DNA from: Desulfovermiculus sp.
GTDB lineage: Bacteria > Desulfobacterota > Desulfovibrionia > Desulfovibrionales > Desulfothermaceae
Direction: 5' to 3'
Assembly: GCA_041686195.1 (NCBI GenBank)
Contig: JAWLEI010000006.1
Coordinates: forward strand, 1,728-65,727
Length of the DNA stretch: 64,000 nucleotides
The position numbers and the translations under genes were made by a program. Below are positions 10,094-19,834 of this stretch, piece after piece; position 1 is the stretch's first letter; each line of letters opens with the position of its first letter. The notes below the pieces were generated by a model. That model worked only from the letters and a program-made list of their open reading frames with translations. It was not told where the DNA came from and ran no database searches.

Positions 10094-10110
10094 AAGGTTC
10101 AAAAAAATAT

Positions 10111-10148
10111 AAAAAAAATGGCCTCCCGCGGGAGGCCATTTTTTTTAT
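10111..10148. terminator. bidirectional rho-independent terminator
   Basis: A8-tggcctcc-cgcg-ggaggcca-T8. It serves the + strand gene ending at 10093 and the minus-strand tRNA-Ala. Confidence 0.85.
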
Positions 10149-10153
10149 ATTTT

Positions 10154-10229
10154 TGGTGGAGGTGACGGGGATCGAACCCGTGACCTCAGCGTTGCGAACG
10201 CTGCGCTCTCCCAGCTGAGCTACACCCCC
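10154..10229 (-). tRNA. tRNA-Ala (anticodon CGC)
   Basis: The reverse complement is GGGGGTGTAGCTCAGCTGGGAGAGCGCAGCGTTCGCAACGCTGAGGTCACGGGTTCGATCCCCGTCACCTCCACCA. It has the G3:U70 identity pair, the anticodon loop TTCGCAA and an encoded CCA. Confidence 0.95.
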
Positions 10230-10352
10230 GATGCTGCACTATGCGCAGGAAAATCGTGTACACCCCAGACTCCGCATCTGTCAAGAAAGAGGTCATAGAG
10301 TTCCACGTTACGAAATCTCAAAAAAAGGTTTTGCGCCACGTGAGTACAACGT

Positions 10353-10916
10353 TCAGGCCGATTTTTTCTCCAGCCCCACTTCGGAGGCGATATCCTGCAT
10401 GGCGGCAATGCCGATCTGCAAAAATTCCCCCAGATCCAGGCCGATCTTCTCACATTCCTTGATTCGCTCCCGGTCCACATTGGCAGCAAAGCTCTTGTCC
10501 TTCATCTTCTTTTTCAGGCTCTTGGGCTTCATGTCTTCCATGCCTTCCGGCCGGACCAGTGCATTGGCCGAAATGAGTCCGGTGACGGTCTCTGCACAGC
10601 GCAGGGCGTAGTCAAATGTGCTCTGGGCAGTGGTCCCGTTCACCTCACAGTTGTGGGCGGCTATAGCCTGGACTGCCTCCTCTGGGAGCTTTCCCTGCAG
10701 TTTACGGGCGGAGATAAGTCCGTGGTCAGCAGGGTTGTTTCGGGTCTGCTCAAAGTCCAGGTCGTGAAGCAGTCCGGCCAGACCCCACATCTCCGGGTCA
10801 GCTCCCAGGCGGCCGGCCAGGCCGCGCATGACTGCCTCTGTTTCCAGGCTGTGATTGATGAGGCTCGCTTCATGCAGATTGGAATGCAGCATCTCCAAGG
10901 CGTTTTCTCGATCCAT
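10353..10916 (-). CDS. HD/HDIG-domain phosphohydrolase
   Basis: HNS...LLHDLD motif pattern. The ATG at 10916 is preceded by GGAG just after the ubiB stop. The longer tracked ORF (to 11078) overlaps ubiB and is rejected. Confidence 0.65.
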   Translation of the reverse strand: MDRENALEMLHSNLHEASLINHSLETEAVMRGLAGRLGADPEMWGLAGLLHDLDFEQTRNNPADHGLISARKLQGKLPEEAVQAIAAHNCEVNGTTAQSTFDYALRCAETVTGLISANALVRPEGMEDMKPKSLKKKMKDKSFAANVDRERIKECEKIGLDLGEFLQIGIAAMQDIASEVGLEKKSA

Positions 10917-10927
10917 TCTCGTCTCCT

Positions 10928-12586
10928 TCACATCTTTTTTCGCCGCAATATATCTATGACCAACCAGAAACCGACACAGGCGGATAGGAGATAACCGATC
11001 AGCCCCAGGGCCGGATAGCCGAAAATAAAGGGCCGTACCCCGGTGGTGATGATCATGGAAGATCCAATGATCATGCACCCAGTGATGATGCCCAGGGTCA
11101 GACGGTTGGCGATGCGGTCCAAGGTCAGACGCATCCCGTCCAGGTTCTTATGCTCAAACCTGATGGACAGCTGATCGTGTTCCAGCTTGGCCAAAATTTG
11201 ATTGGCCTGACGGGGGAGATCCTTTTGCATCTGCAGGGCATTGCTCACCCCTTTGCGCAGCTGGCGGTAAATGAGGCGGGGGGAATATTTGCCCAGGGCG
11301 ATGCGCCGTACAAAGGGAGTGGACTCAGTGACCACATCCAGCTTGGGGTATAAAAGGCGGGCCGAGCCTTCGCTGGTGACCAGGGCTTTGATCATGATGG
11401 CCAGATCCGATTTTATCCGGATCTTGTACTGGTGCAAGAGGCTGGTGATCGCGGAAAGGAGCTGGCCGATGTTGATTTCTTCCAAGGGCAGGGAATAGAA
11501 ATCATCCAGGAGATCCATGATATCCCGATGCAGCTCATCAGTATCAACTCCAGGGTCGTGTTCGGAAAAATCAAGGAGGATGTCCAGTACGGTCTCGCTG
11601 TCCCGGTCCACGATCCCTTCCAGCAACGTGATCAGCTTGAGTCTGGTGTTTGGCGTCAAGCGGCCGACCATGCCCCAGTCCAGCATGGTGAATGTCCCGT
11701 CATCCATGACAAAGATATTGCCAGGATGAGGATCGGCGTGGAAGAAACCGTCCTCTAGGATCTGCTTCAGAGAGGCCCGCAAACCGTTCCGGGCCAGGAG
11801 CAGGCGTTTTTCCTCAGGCAGAGCGGTAACATTGCGCAATTTGGTGCCCTGGACGAGTTCCATAATCAGCACTTTCCGCGTGCTGTATTCTGAGAATACC
11901 GCTGGAAACCTGATGTACTCGTGGCCCTGGAAATTGGCCTGGGCCAGGCGGATGTTCCTGGCCTCGCGCTCAAAGTCCAGCTCCCGCAAAAGCATGCGTC
12001 GAAGCTCATGAACCAGCCCGGGCAGATCATACAAGGTCATGACCTCGATGCGCTCATGGATCTGTTTGGCCAGTCCGGCCATGATATCCAAATCGTTGCG
12101 AATAACCTGTTCGATACCCGGACGCTGAACCTTGACGGCCACGACAGTATTGTCCGCAACCAGTCGGGCTCGGTGCACCTGGGCCAATGAGGCCGCAGCC
12201 AAAGGCTTGGGCTCGATATAGGCAAAAATCTCCTCTACCGGGCGTTCCAGATTCTTTTCAATCTGAGAGGATATTGCCTCCCAGTTTTCGGCCTGCACCT
12301 CGTCCTGGAGGCGGCTTAATTCATTGGCTAAAGCCGGTGGAAGGAGGTCTGTACGAAGGCTGAGGAGTTGTCCAAACTTGACAAAAGTCGGTCCCAGTTC
12401 GGTGAGAACATACCGGATGCGCTTCCAGGTGCTTTCGTCCTGCCGTTCCGACTTTCGAGACGGCTTGGGAAATATGATCTTGTCCGGAAGATCCAGCCTG
12501 GAAAGCAAATCACCGAATCCGTACTTGATCAGGGTAAATGAGATTTCCTTAAACCGATTCAATCTGGACAGGGTGTGCAGATCCAA
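10928..12586 (-). CDS. ubiB: ABC1/UbiB-family atypical kinase
   Basis: ABC1 kinase-like core (AAASLAQVHRA...FHADPHPGN) plus two C-terminal TM helices. The start codon is TTG. Confidence 0.85.
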   Translation of the reverse strand: MDLHTLSRLNRFKEISFTLIKYGFGDLLSRLDLPDKIIFPKPSRKSERQDESTWKRIRYVLTELGPTFVKFGQLLSLRTDLLPPALANELSRLQDEVQAENWEAISSQIEKNLERPVEEIFAYIEPKPLAAASLAQVHRARLVADNTVVAVKVQRPGIEQVIRNDLDIMAGLAKQIHERIEVMTLYDLPGLVHELRRMLLRELDFEREARNIRLAQANFQGHEYIRFPAVFSEYSTRKVLIMELVQGTKLRNVTALPEEKRLLLARNGLRASLKQILEDGFFHADPHPGNIFVMDDGTFTMLDWGMVGRLTPNTRLKLITLLEGIVDRDSETVLDILLDFSEHDPGVDTDELHRDIMDLLDDFYSLPLEEINIGQLLSAITSLLHQYKIRIKSDLAIMIKALVTSEGSARLLYPKLDVVTESTPFVRRIALGKYSPRLIYRQLRKGVSNALQMQKDLPRQANQILAKLEHDQLSIRFEHKNLDGMRLTLDRIANRLTLGIITGCMIIGSSMIITTGVRPFIFGYPALGLIGYLLSACVGFWLVIDILRRKKM

Positions 12587-12740
12587 GGGGCGTCCTTAAT
12601 GCAGGCTACAAATTCCAGGTATATAAACAAGAGGGACAAAGCCACAAAGGAAGAAGGAAGTACTGATTCCAAGCACCAAATCTCAAACTATGAGAACGAT
12701 CTCTTGTCCTCAATTTCTTTCATTTGCCAGAAGGGGGCGA

Positions 12741-13118
12741 TTATTCTCCCTCTGGCCCAGGTTTTTCAATTTGTGGTGCACTGGTTTGTCCGCCGGCAGC
12801 AGCTGCGGCAAGTTGATCTTCCAGGAGCATGACCCTCTTTTCCAGATTGTCCACCCGGTGGCGTAATTGGTCCACATCTTCGGCCTGAGCCAGATGCATG
12901 CCTTTGGTCACCCGTTCCACTATCTCGGTAATCTGGTTTCGGATGTCCTGCATTTCCTTCTCTCCAGTTTTACACATATCATTGGTGAACCGTTCCGCCT
13001 CTTCAGTGGTCAGCTTGCCCTGATGGACCAGGGACTCCATGGTTTCCTGGACCTTGGCCGTGGATACTACTGCTGTACCAAGACCGGCCAAGGCCAACTT
13101 TTTGGCCAGTTCCAGCAT
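12741..13118 (-). CDS. phasin-family protein (PHA synthesis regulator-like, coiled coil)
   Basis: MLELAKKLALAGLGTAV...QGKLTTEEAERF resembles phasin-type (COG3937-like) proteins often found next to ubiB. AGGAG precedes the ATG at 13118. Confidence 0.55.
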   Translation of the reverse strand: MLELAKKLALAGLGTAVVSTAKVQETMESLVHQGKLTTEEAERFTNDMCKTGEKEMQDIRNQITEIVERVTKGMHLAQAEDVDQLRHRVDNLEKRVMLLEDQLAAAAAGGQTSAPQIEKPGPEGE

Positions 13119-13332
13119 AGAGATCACTCCTTTTCTTGATTGACAACATTTCCAACAGGGTTGGAATGAAGAGATTACAGACATGCGCAATATTAGGCGA
13201 AGCTGAACATTTCTTCAATAGAACTTGATGAACACGGGGCATAGGCTCAGGTGTGCAAAGAGTTACTCAGCTAAGTCCTTTGTGCTTCAGAATGGGTATA
13301 TCCTGTTTGCATAGAGTGATAGGCTCGCCATT

Positions 13333-13671
13333 TTATGAGCCTGAAGGGATCTCTTCTTCGTCTTCCAGGATATGAAAAAAGTCTATCAGCTTGACCAGAC
13401 TCAAGGTCTTGCGGACCTGTGGAGAAGGGGCAAGGAGATAGAACTCCTTGTTTTTACTTGTCTTGCGGTTGTTGATATGGACCAGAAAACCTATCCCCGA
13501 ACTGTCTAAAAAAACAGTTTTGGACAGATCCATGACCAGAGCCATGCACTCGGATCCGCTCAAGTATTCTTCGATTTGGTCTTTCAGGCTGTCTATGACT
13601 TCAAGGGTCAATTCACCTGAGTAGCGAAGGATACAGGCTTGCCCTTTTTTGTCGACTTTCATCCTTTCCAT
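13333..13671 (-). CDS. STAS-domain anti-sigma-factor antagonist (SpoIIAA/RsbV-like)
   Basis: STAS length and the phosphorylatable motif FLDSSGIGFLV. Confidence 0.85.
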   Translation of the reverse strand: MERMKVDKKGQACILRYSGELTLEVIDSLKDQIEEYLSGSECMALVMDLSKTVFLDSSGIGFLVHINNRKTSKNKEFYLLAPSPQVRKTLSLVKLIDFFHILEDEEEIPSGS

Positions 13672-14081
13672 GCGCTCTCCTCAATACGTCGTTCCATGCT
13701 CAGGGCATTTTGCCCCTGGTTATGCTGATAGCCAAAAGAATCAACGAGTCGGGAAATGATAAACAGACCTCGTCCGAACTCATCTCGAGGGTCGGAGCAG
13801 ACAGTCTCTTCAGGGCCTTCAAAAGGAGGGCCGTTATCCCTTACCTCCATCCGGATTCTTGTCCAGGGATCAATATGGATATGAACCTCCAGCTCCCCCT
13901 TGGCCTCCGGTCCGTAGGCATGAAGCATAACATTAGTGCACGCCTCGCTCAATACCAGACGGAAATCATAGATCAGGTCCGAGTCCTGTATCCATTCCTG
14001 CAGAAATTCAGCCACAGATCTCGTCAAGGCGTTTATCTGTTCAGGTGTGGCCCGGGAGTGAAACACCTTACTTATTTTCAT
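13659..14081 (-). CDS. RsbW/SpoIIAB-like serine kinase (HATPase_c)
   Basis: N-box EACTNVMLHAY and G-box DNGPPFEG...GRGLFII. It overlaps both neighbours by 13 to 14 nt. Confidence 0.8.
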   Translation of the reverse strand: MKISKVFHSRATPEQINALTRSVAEFLQEWIQDSDLIYDFRLVLSEACTNVMLHAYGPEAKGELEVHIHIDPWTRIRMEVRDNGPPFEGPEETVCSDPRDEFGRGLFIISRLVDSFGYQHNQGQNALSMERRIEESAWKG

Positions 14082-15219
14082 CGTGTTTCCAGTGGATCCA
14101 CAGTGCGCTGCGGTCATCAGGAAAGGCCGGCCGGCCTTCCAGGTCTTGGACCATTCTGGCTTCAAGCTTTTCCATGCTGAAGTTTGGCTCACATAAAAGT
14201 TGAGAAGCCAGGTTCAGGAAATTATTCAGCCCATAACGCCGAGTGGGCGAGATCTTCCACTCGTAATAGCCGTCGGTAAAGAGAAAGAGCCCGCAACTCT
14301 CTGAGATATCCAGAGTGACCGGCTGAAATTCCAGATTAAAAAAGCCAAGGATAGTGCTGGTAGGTTCTAATAGGTCTGTGTGCTGATTTTTGCTGACCAT
14401 CAAACCTGGGCAATGACCGGCATTGATATAGGTTATGACATTATTGTTTTGATCGATATCAGCTGCAAACATGGTTACAAAATCCATTTCCTGGCCTAAA
14501 ATATCATTTAGCTGGGTATTGATGAGCTGTAAAGTATGGGCCAGATCCAGATAATGGATTTCGGTTGTTCGGGTTAAGGCCCGGACAATGCCCATTAAAA
14601 AGGCCGCCCTGGCTCCGTGTCCGGAAACGTCGGCAATGACTACCCGGAGTACGTCGTTTTGAACATTGAAAAAATCGTAATAGTCTCCACTGGCTCGACC
14701 GGAAGGATAGTAGGCGCTTTGAATGGCCAGATCATGGGTATAGTAGCATTCCTTGGGGATGAGCTTGTCCTGCAGGGAGGCTACAGTGTCGAACTCCTGA
14801 GCGATACGTTCAAACGCGGCCCGGAGTTGCTTGTTCAGCCTGATCTGTCTCTTGGCCACATTGATTCTGGCCTTGAGTTCCTCGTGATCAAAGGTTTTGA
14901 CCAAAAAATCATTCGATCCAAGGTTTAAGGCCTGGGTCTTTGTGCCCACATCGGCAATCGAGGTCAGGGATATGATGTAGAGATCATTGTCCCCCATCTG
15001 GTTGCGAATAAAGCGAATGATATCTTTCCCGTCGCAAGAGGGAAGGTTGAGATCCAATATCAGGATGTCCGGCTTGAATTGCTTATACTCCTGCACAGCC
15101 TGATCACCATCTTCAGCCATGCGCAACTGATAATTCTGACCTTGGAAGACAGAATTGAGGCTCTTCCGCCAGATGGAGGAATCGTCTATGATCAGGATCT
15201 TGATATCGTTATTTTGCAT
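14068..15219 (-). CDS. response-regulator receiver fused to a PP2C/SpoIIE phosphatase (RsbU-like)
   Basis: Receiver motifs ILIIDDS...DILILDLNLP. PP2C motifs GDYYDF...ADVSGHG...TDG. Confidence 0.9.
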   Translation of the reverse strand: MQNNDIKILIIDDSSIWRKSLNSVFQGQNYQLRMAEDGDQAVQEYKQFKPDILILDLNLPSCDGKDIIRFIRNQMGDNDLYIISLTSIADVGTKTQALNLGSNDFLVKTFDHEELKARINVAKRQIRLNKQLRAAFERIAQEFDTVASLQDKLIPKECYYTHDLAIQSAYYPSGRASGDYYDFFNVQNDVLRVVIADVSGHGARAAFLMGIVRALTRTTEIHYLDLAHTLQLINTQLNDILGQEMDFVTMFAADIDQNNNVITYINAGHCPGLMVSKNQHTDLLEPTSTILGFFNLEFQPVTLDISESCGLFLFTDGYYEWKISPTRRYGLNNFLNLASQLLCEPNFSMEKLEARMVQDLEGRPAFPDDRSALWIHWKHDENK

Positions 15220-15306
15220 GCAAGATGTAGTCCAAAGGTGACAAAATGTCGTGAGACTCAGCTTTTTTTGAGGCTGACCAAGGGGGCGAAAGATTTTTCG
15301 CTCCTC

Positions 15307-15777
15307 CTATCCACCCCGGTGGTTACTGTCCAATGTCAAGGTAAACGGACCCCAATTGCAGAGCTGGATATCCATCTCCTGCCCAAAAAAACCACTGGAA
15401 ACCGGGCCCGGGGCAACTCTGGTCAGGTCCTGCACAAAGCGATCATAAAGGGCTTGGGCCTTTGGGGCCGGGGCAGCCGGGGTGAAAGAGGGACGCCGCC
15501 CTTTATTCCAGTCTGCATACAAGGTGAATTGGGAAATAATCAGAAGAGATCCGCCGATATCCTTCAGGCTGGCTGCAGAACGCCCCTTATGGTCTGGAAA
15601 GATACGCAAGCTCACGATCTTGTCAAGGAGCTTGGACCAGATGGGAGAATGCGGCAAGTCCAGATCATCGCCCCGGCCGAATCCAATCAAAACAACCAAG
15701 CCGGTCGAGATGGCCGCTTTTTCCAGACCATGGATCAACAGGCGGGCGTTTTTTACCCGCTGCAAGACAATGCGCAT
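15307..15777 (-). CDS. dtd: D-aminoacyl-tRNA deacylase
   Basis: MRIVLQRV...SQFTLYAD..KGRRPSF signature. The ATG at 15777 directly follows the queD stop. Confidence 0.9.
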   Translation of the reverse strand: MRIVLQRVKNARLLIHGLEKAAISTGLVVLIGFGRGDDLDLPHSPIWSKLLDKIVSLRIFPDHKGRSAASLKDIGGSLLIISQFTLYADWNKGRRPSFTPAAPAPKAQALYDRFVQDLTRVAPGPVSSGFFGQEMDIQLCNWGPFTLTLDSNHRGG

Positions 15778-15778
15778 G

Positions 15779-16177
15779 CTATCTTTCGCTGTAGATGGCT
15801 TCCGAGCTTTCTTTTTCAGCCACACTTACTTCCCGCAGACGGACCGGATGATCAGCCAGAAGGGATTTGAGCCGGGTATAGATGTATTTGGCTACATTTT
15901 CTGAAGATGGATTGTCCTTGAGAAATGGTTCCAGCTCATTTAAGTGCCGATGATCCAAGGTATCCAATACGGTTTTCAGTTGTTCCTTAAGTTTCTTGAA
16001 ATCCATAAGGATTCCAGTCTTGGGCTCCAGATGATCGCCTTCAACCTCCACCCGGACCTGGAAGTTGTGACCGTGCAATTCTTCGCACTTGCCCTGGTAA
16101 TGACGCAACTGATGTGATGAGCTGAAGTCGTCAGTGATTCGCAGCCGATATACGGACAGGGGACTGTTCTCGGACAT
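15779..16177 (-). CDS. queD: 6-carboxy-5,6,7,8-tetrahydropterin synthase
   Basis: CEELHGHNF zinc/catalytic motif. GAGGAG precedes the ATG at 16177. Confidence 0.9.
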   Translation of the reverse strand: MSENSPLSVYRLRITDDFSSSHQLRHYQGKCEELHGHNFQVRVEVEGDHLEPKTGILMDFKKLKEQLKTVLDTLDHRHLNELEPFLKDNPSSENVAKYIYTRLKSLLADHPVRLREVSVAEKESSEAIYSER

Positions 16178-19100
16178 GGACTCCTCTCTGGTTCAGGGTC
16201 TGTTTCCACTGCGTGATTTCCTGCTGCAGGCCGGTTCCAGGCAAAATACAAAAATTGGGCCCCAATTGTAAACGGCAATGACCGTGCGCAAAGCTGATCA
16301 GCAAGTGGACCGGATTCTTGCCTGGATATCGAAGGAGGATTTCTTTAAACCTTTGCCAATCCCGGGTGGTGACCTGATCACCCGGGATTTGAATCTCGTA
16401 GGGCTCGCTCTCCGGGAGGGGTACATTCTGCAACAGGCTGACCGATTGGGCCAGGAGCTTGACTTGTTTTGGCCCATCCTCGGACCCGGACTTTTCCCGG
16501 TCCTGGGTAATAGTCGCCGTACAAAACAAGGGTTGATCCACGTCCAGATGGGCCTTTACCTGGGCATACACCTCAGGAAAGAGTGTCATTTCTCCGGTGC
16601 CGGTCAGATCTTCCACCTGGCAGAAGGCCATACGGTCTCCTTTCCTGGTGGTGATTTCTTTGCTGGATGTGACCAGGACAGCGGTTTTCACTTCAGACTC
16701 CCTGGGCAGTTCAGAGCATTCCTTCAGACCGGTTACTCCGAGAAGTTGCAATTGGTCCTGGTAGCCGACCAGGGGATGGCCGCTTAAGAAAAAGCCAAGA
16801 TTTTCCTTTTCAAAGCGCAGCCGATCTTCTTCAGACCACTCGTGTATATCCGAGTCCGGGATATTCATCCCAATGCCGTTTTGGGCTTCAGCTGCACTCT
16901 GGGCTGAGGCAGGGACCATGCTGAGAAGTGAGAGCTGACCATGTGATTTGTCCTTGTGGGTTTTTTGAGCTTTGGCCACCACTCGGTCCAGGGCCGCGAT
17001 CAGAGCCGCCCGGCTGCAGCCGAAGGAGTCCATAGCTCCACTCTTGATCAGACTTTCCAGGACCCGTTTGCTCACTTTGCGCAGATTCACCCGCTGACAG
17101 AGATCGAGAAGGTTCTTAAAAGGGCCGTTTTTATCCCGTTCCTGAACCAAATTGAAAATCGCCGCATCACCGACATTCTTGATCCCGGACAGTCCGAACA
17201 GGATGCCCTGATCGGTGACACTGAAAGGATGGATACTTTTGTTGATGTCCGGCCCCAGGACCGAAATACCCATTTCCCGGCAGGCATGAATGTGACTGAT
17301 CACTTTGTCTGTGTTGCTCACCTCGGAAGTGATCAAAGCAGCCATGAACTCGCGAGGGTAATGGGCTTTCATATAGGCGGTCTGATAGGAGATCAGGGCA
17401 TAGGCTGCGCTATGGGACTTGTTGAATCCATAACCGGCGAACTTTTCAATCAAGTCAAAAATGTACTCGGCAGTTTCCCGGGGCAGGCCGTTGTCTTCAG
17501 CCCCGGCCAGGAATTTATCCCGCTGCTTGCCCATAACAGCCGGATCTTTTTTGCCCATGGCCCGGCGCAGGATATCTCCGTCTCCCAAAGAGTAATTGGC
17601 CAGCTCTGAGGCAATGCGCATGACCTGTTCCTGGTACAGGATGACTCCGTAGGTTTCCTTGAGCACTGGCTCCAGACTGGGATGGGGATACTCCACCTCG
17701 ATCTCCCCGTGTTTACGGCGAATGAAATCAGTGACCATGCCGCTTTCCAGGGGGCCGGGCCGGTACAGGGCCAGAAGGGCGATGATGTCTTCAAAGCAAT
17801 TGGGCTGCAGGTCAGTGAGCACCCGGCGCATGCCTGAGCTTTCCAACTGAAACACACCGTCGGTCTGGCCTTTGCACAACAGGTGAAAGGTCGCCTCGTC
17901 GTTTAAGGGCAGGGTATCCAGGTCCGGCAGGTCGGCGTGCCGATCCCGGGCCAGGTTGAGGGCGTCGCTGAGCACGGTAAGGGTCTTTAAGCCCAGAAAG
18001 TCGAACTTGATCAGCCCCACTTTTTCCACTTTTTTCATGTCATACTGGGTGACCACTTCTCCCTTTTTTCCTACATACAAAGGCAGGTATTCCTGCATGG
18101 GCCGGTCGGAAATAACGATTCCGGCCGCATGGGTGGAGGCGTGGCGGGCCAGGCCCTCCAGCCGTCTGGAAATATCCATGAGCTGAGCAATGCGCTCATC
18201 GTTTTCCACCTTGGCCTTGAGCTCCGGCTCCTGCTCCAGGGCCTTGTCTATGGTCATTTTCAGGTCGTCGGGAATGAGCTTGGCGATCTTGTCTGTTTCG
18301 GCAAAGCTCATGCCCATGGCCCGGCCCACATCCCGGACCGCAGCCTTGGCCTTCATGGTCCCGAAGGTGGTTATCTGAGCTACAGAGTCTTTGCCGAACT
18401 TATCTGTGACGTACCTGATCACCTCTTCCCGGCGGTTGTAGCAGAAATCTACATCGATATCCGGCAGGCTCTCCCGCTCAACATTCAAGAAACGCTCAAA
18501 AAGGAGGTTGTAGCGGATGGGATCCAGGTTGGTTATGCGCAGAGAGTAGGCGGCCAGGCTGCCGGCAGCCGATCCCCGTCCCGGACCGACCGGAATACCA
18601 TGGGCCTTGGCCCAGTTGATGAAGTCCTGGACGATGAGGAAGTATCCGGCAAATCCCTTGCTGCAGATGATTTCCGTCTCTTCCTGCAGCCGGTCCCAAT
18701 AGGGCTGTTCATCCTGCACATAGGGCAATTGCTCCAGGCGTTCCCGGAGCCCTTCCCGGCACAGGCGGGAAAATTCATCCTCCAGGCTTCGACCGGCCGG
18801 AGGGTCGTAGACCGGGAAATGATGGCGGCCGAGTTCAATCTCCAGATTGCAGGCCTGGGCAATACGATATGTATTCTCCAGGGCCTGGGGACAGTGCGCG
18901 AACTCCCGGGCCATTTCCTCAGGACAGCGATAGTGCAGTTTGTCTGTATTAAAGCGCATGCGCTTGCTGTCCTGGACGCAGGCATTGGTCTGGATGCAGA
19001 GCAGGATGTCATGGGCCTGAACATCGTCAGGCAGAAGATAGTGGCAGTCGTTGGTGGCCACCAGGGGAAGATCACAGGCATTGGCCAGATCTATAAGTTT

Positions 19101-19667
19101 ACTGTTCAGTTCGTCCTGTTCCGGTATGCCGTTGGCCTGGAGCTCGAGATAGAAGCGGCCGGGGAAAAATCCGGTGTACTGATCCACGGTTTCCTTGACC
19201 TCGGCAAGGCCTTTGCCCTGCATGAGCTTGGCCGGGATTTCGCCTTTCAAGCAGGCCGACAGGGCAATGAGTCCGTCATTCCACTTGGCCAGGAGTTCTT
19301 TGTCCACCCGGGGCTTATAATAAAAGCCGTCCAGATTGGCCTGGGATACCAGTTTGATCAGGTTGTGGTATCCTGCCTGGTTCTGGGCCAAAAGGACCAG
19401 GTGATAGCCGGCTTCGCTTGCGGAGCGGGCATCCTTGCGAGTGCGGTGGGTTGGGGCCACATAGACCTCACAGCCCACTATGGGCTTGATTCCGTGGGAT
19501 TTGGCCGTGGTGTAAAAATCAATGGCCCCGAACAGGTTTCCGTGATCAGTGATGGCCGCAGCCGGAAGACCGAAGTTCACAGCCTGAGCGCACAGGTCGC
19601 GGACCTTGATCGCCCCGTCCAGGAGGCTGTATTCAGTGTGGCAGTGGAGATGGACGAAGTGGTTCAT
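16131..19667 (-). CDS. dnaE: DNA polymerase III alpha subunit
   Basis: PHP domain HLHCHTEYSLLDG, polymerase core, and OB fold. 1178 aa. Confidence 0.97.
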   Translation of the reverse strand: MNHFVHLHCHTEYSLLDGAIKVRDLCAQAVNFGLPAAAITDHGNLFGAIDFYTTAKSHGIKPIVGCEVYVAPTHRTRKDARSASEAGYHLVLLAQNQAGYHNLIKLVSQANLDGFYYKPRVDKELLAKWNDGLIALSACLKGEIPAKLMQGKGLAEVKETVDQYTGFFPGRFYLELQANGIPEQDELNSKLIDLANACDLPLVATNDCHYLLPDDVQAHDILLCIQTNACVQDSKRMRFNTDKLHYRCPEEMAREFAHCPQALENTYRIAQACNLEIELGRHHFPVYDPPAGRSLEDEFSRLCREGLRERLEQLPYVQDEQPYWDRLQEETEIICSKGFAGYFLIVQDFINWAKAHGIPVGPGRGSAAGSLAAYSLRITNLDPIRYNLLFERFLNVERESLPDIDVDFCYNRREEVIRYVTDKFGKDSVAQITTFGTMKAKAAVRDVGRAMGMSFAETDKIAKLIPDDLKMTIDKALEQEPELKAKVENDERIAQLMDISRRLEGLARHASTHAAGIVISDRPMQEYLPLYVGKKGEVVTQYDMKKVEKVGLIKFDFLGLKTLTVLSDALNLARDRHADLPDLDTLPLNDEATFHLLCKGQTDGVFQLESSGMRRVLTDLQPNCFEDIIALLALYRPGPLESGMVTDFIRRKHGEIEVEYPHPSLEPVLKETYGVILYQEQVMRIASELANYSLGDGDILRRAMGKKDPAVMGKQRDKFLAGAEDNGLPRETAEYIFDLIEKFAGYGFNKSHSAAYALISYQTAYMKAHYPREFMAALITSEVSNTDKVISHIHACREMGISVLGPDINKSIHPFSVTDQGILFGLSGIKNVGDAAIFNLVQERDKNGPFKNLLDLCQRVNLRKVSKRVLESLIKSGAMDSFGCSRAALIAALDRVVAKAQKTHKDKSHGQLSLLSMVPASAQSAAEAQNGIGMNIPDSDIHEWSEEDRLRFEKENLGFFLSGHPLVGYQDQLQLLGVTGLKECSELPRESEVKTAVLVTSSKEITTRKGDRMAFCQVEDLTGTGEMTLFPEVYAQVKAHLDVDQPLFCTATITQDREKSGSEDGPKQVKLLAQSVSLLQNVPLPESEPYEIQIPGDQVTTRDWQRFKEILLRYPGKNPVHLLISFAHGHCRLQLGPNFCILPGTGLQQEITQWKQTLNQRGVHVREQSPVRISAANH

Positions 19668-19695
19668 GGGTTATTATGGGTCATGGGTTATGGGG

Positions 19696-19803
19696 GAAGA
19701 AGAAAATTCCAACTTACTAACAAAATTCGAATTTGAGGGAAACTCAAAATTCGAAACAAAACCAGAAGACCGCTGCGGCGGACATTGAACGCTCCTACGC
19801 AGA
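19696..19803. repeat. intergenic repeat, module K (AATTCGAAATT-rich plus a GC hairpin), copy 1
   Basis: Colinear with 29778-29902: gaagaagaaa...aaattcSaaatt...gagggaaaYtcRaaattcSaaac...ccgcNgNgcggaca...cgctcctRcg. Confidence 0.75.
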
Positions 19804-19834
19804 GCATGGGAGCGATAAGAGTGCTCGGTGTTCA

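Noticed and set aside
10154-10229. tRNA-Ala and the tRNA Gly-Cys-Gly cluster, considered as integration sites of a genomic island
   Set aside because: No integrase, transposase, direct repeat of a tRNA 3' end or compositional break is visible on either side. The neighbouring genes are housekeeping.
18129-19736. A 535-aa ORF on the plus strand
   Set aside because: It lies entirely antisense to dnaE, which has unmistakable PHP and polymerase motifs. The translation is low-complexity (Gly/Leu/Val/Ala-rich), typical of shadow ORFs opposite GC-biased codons.
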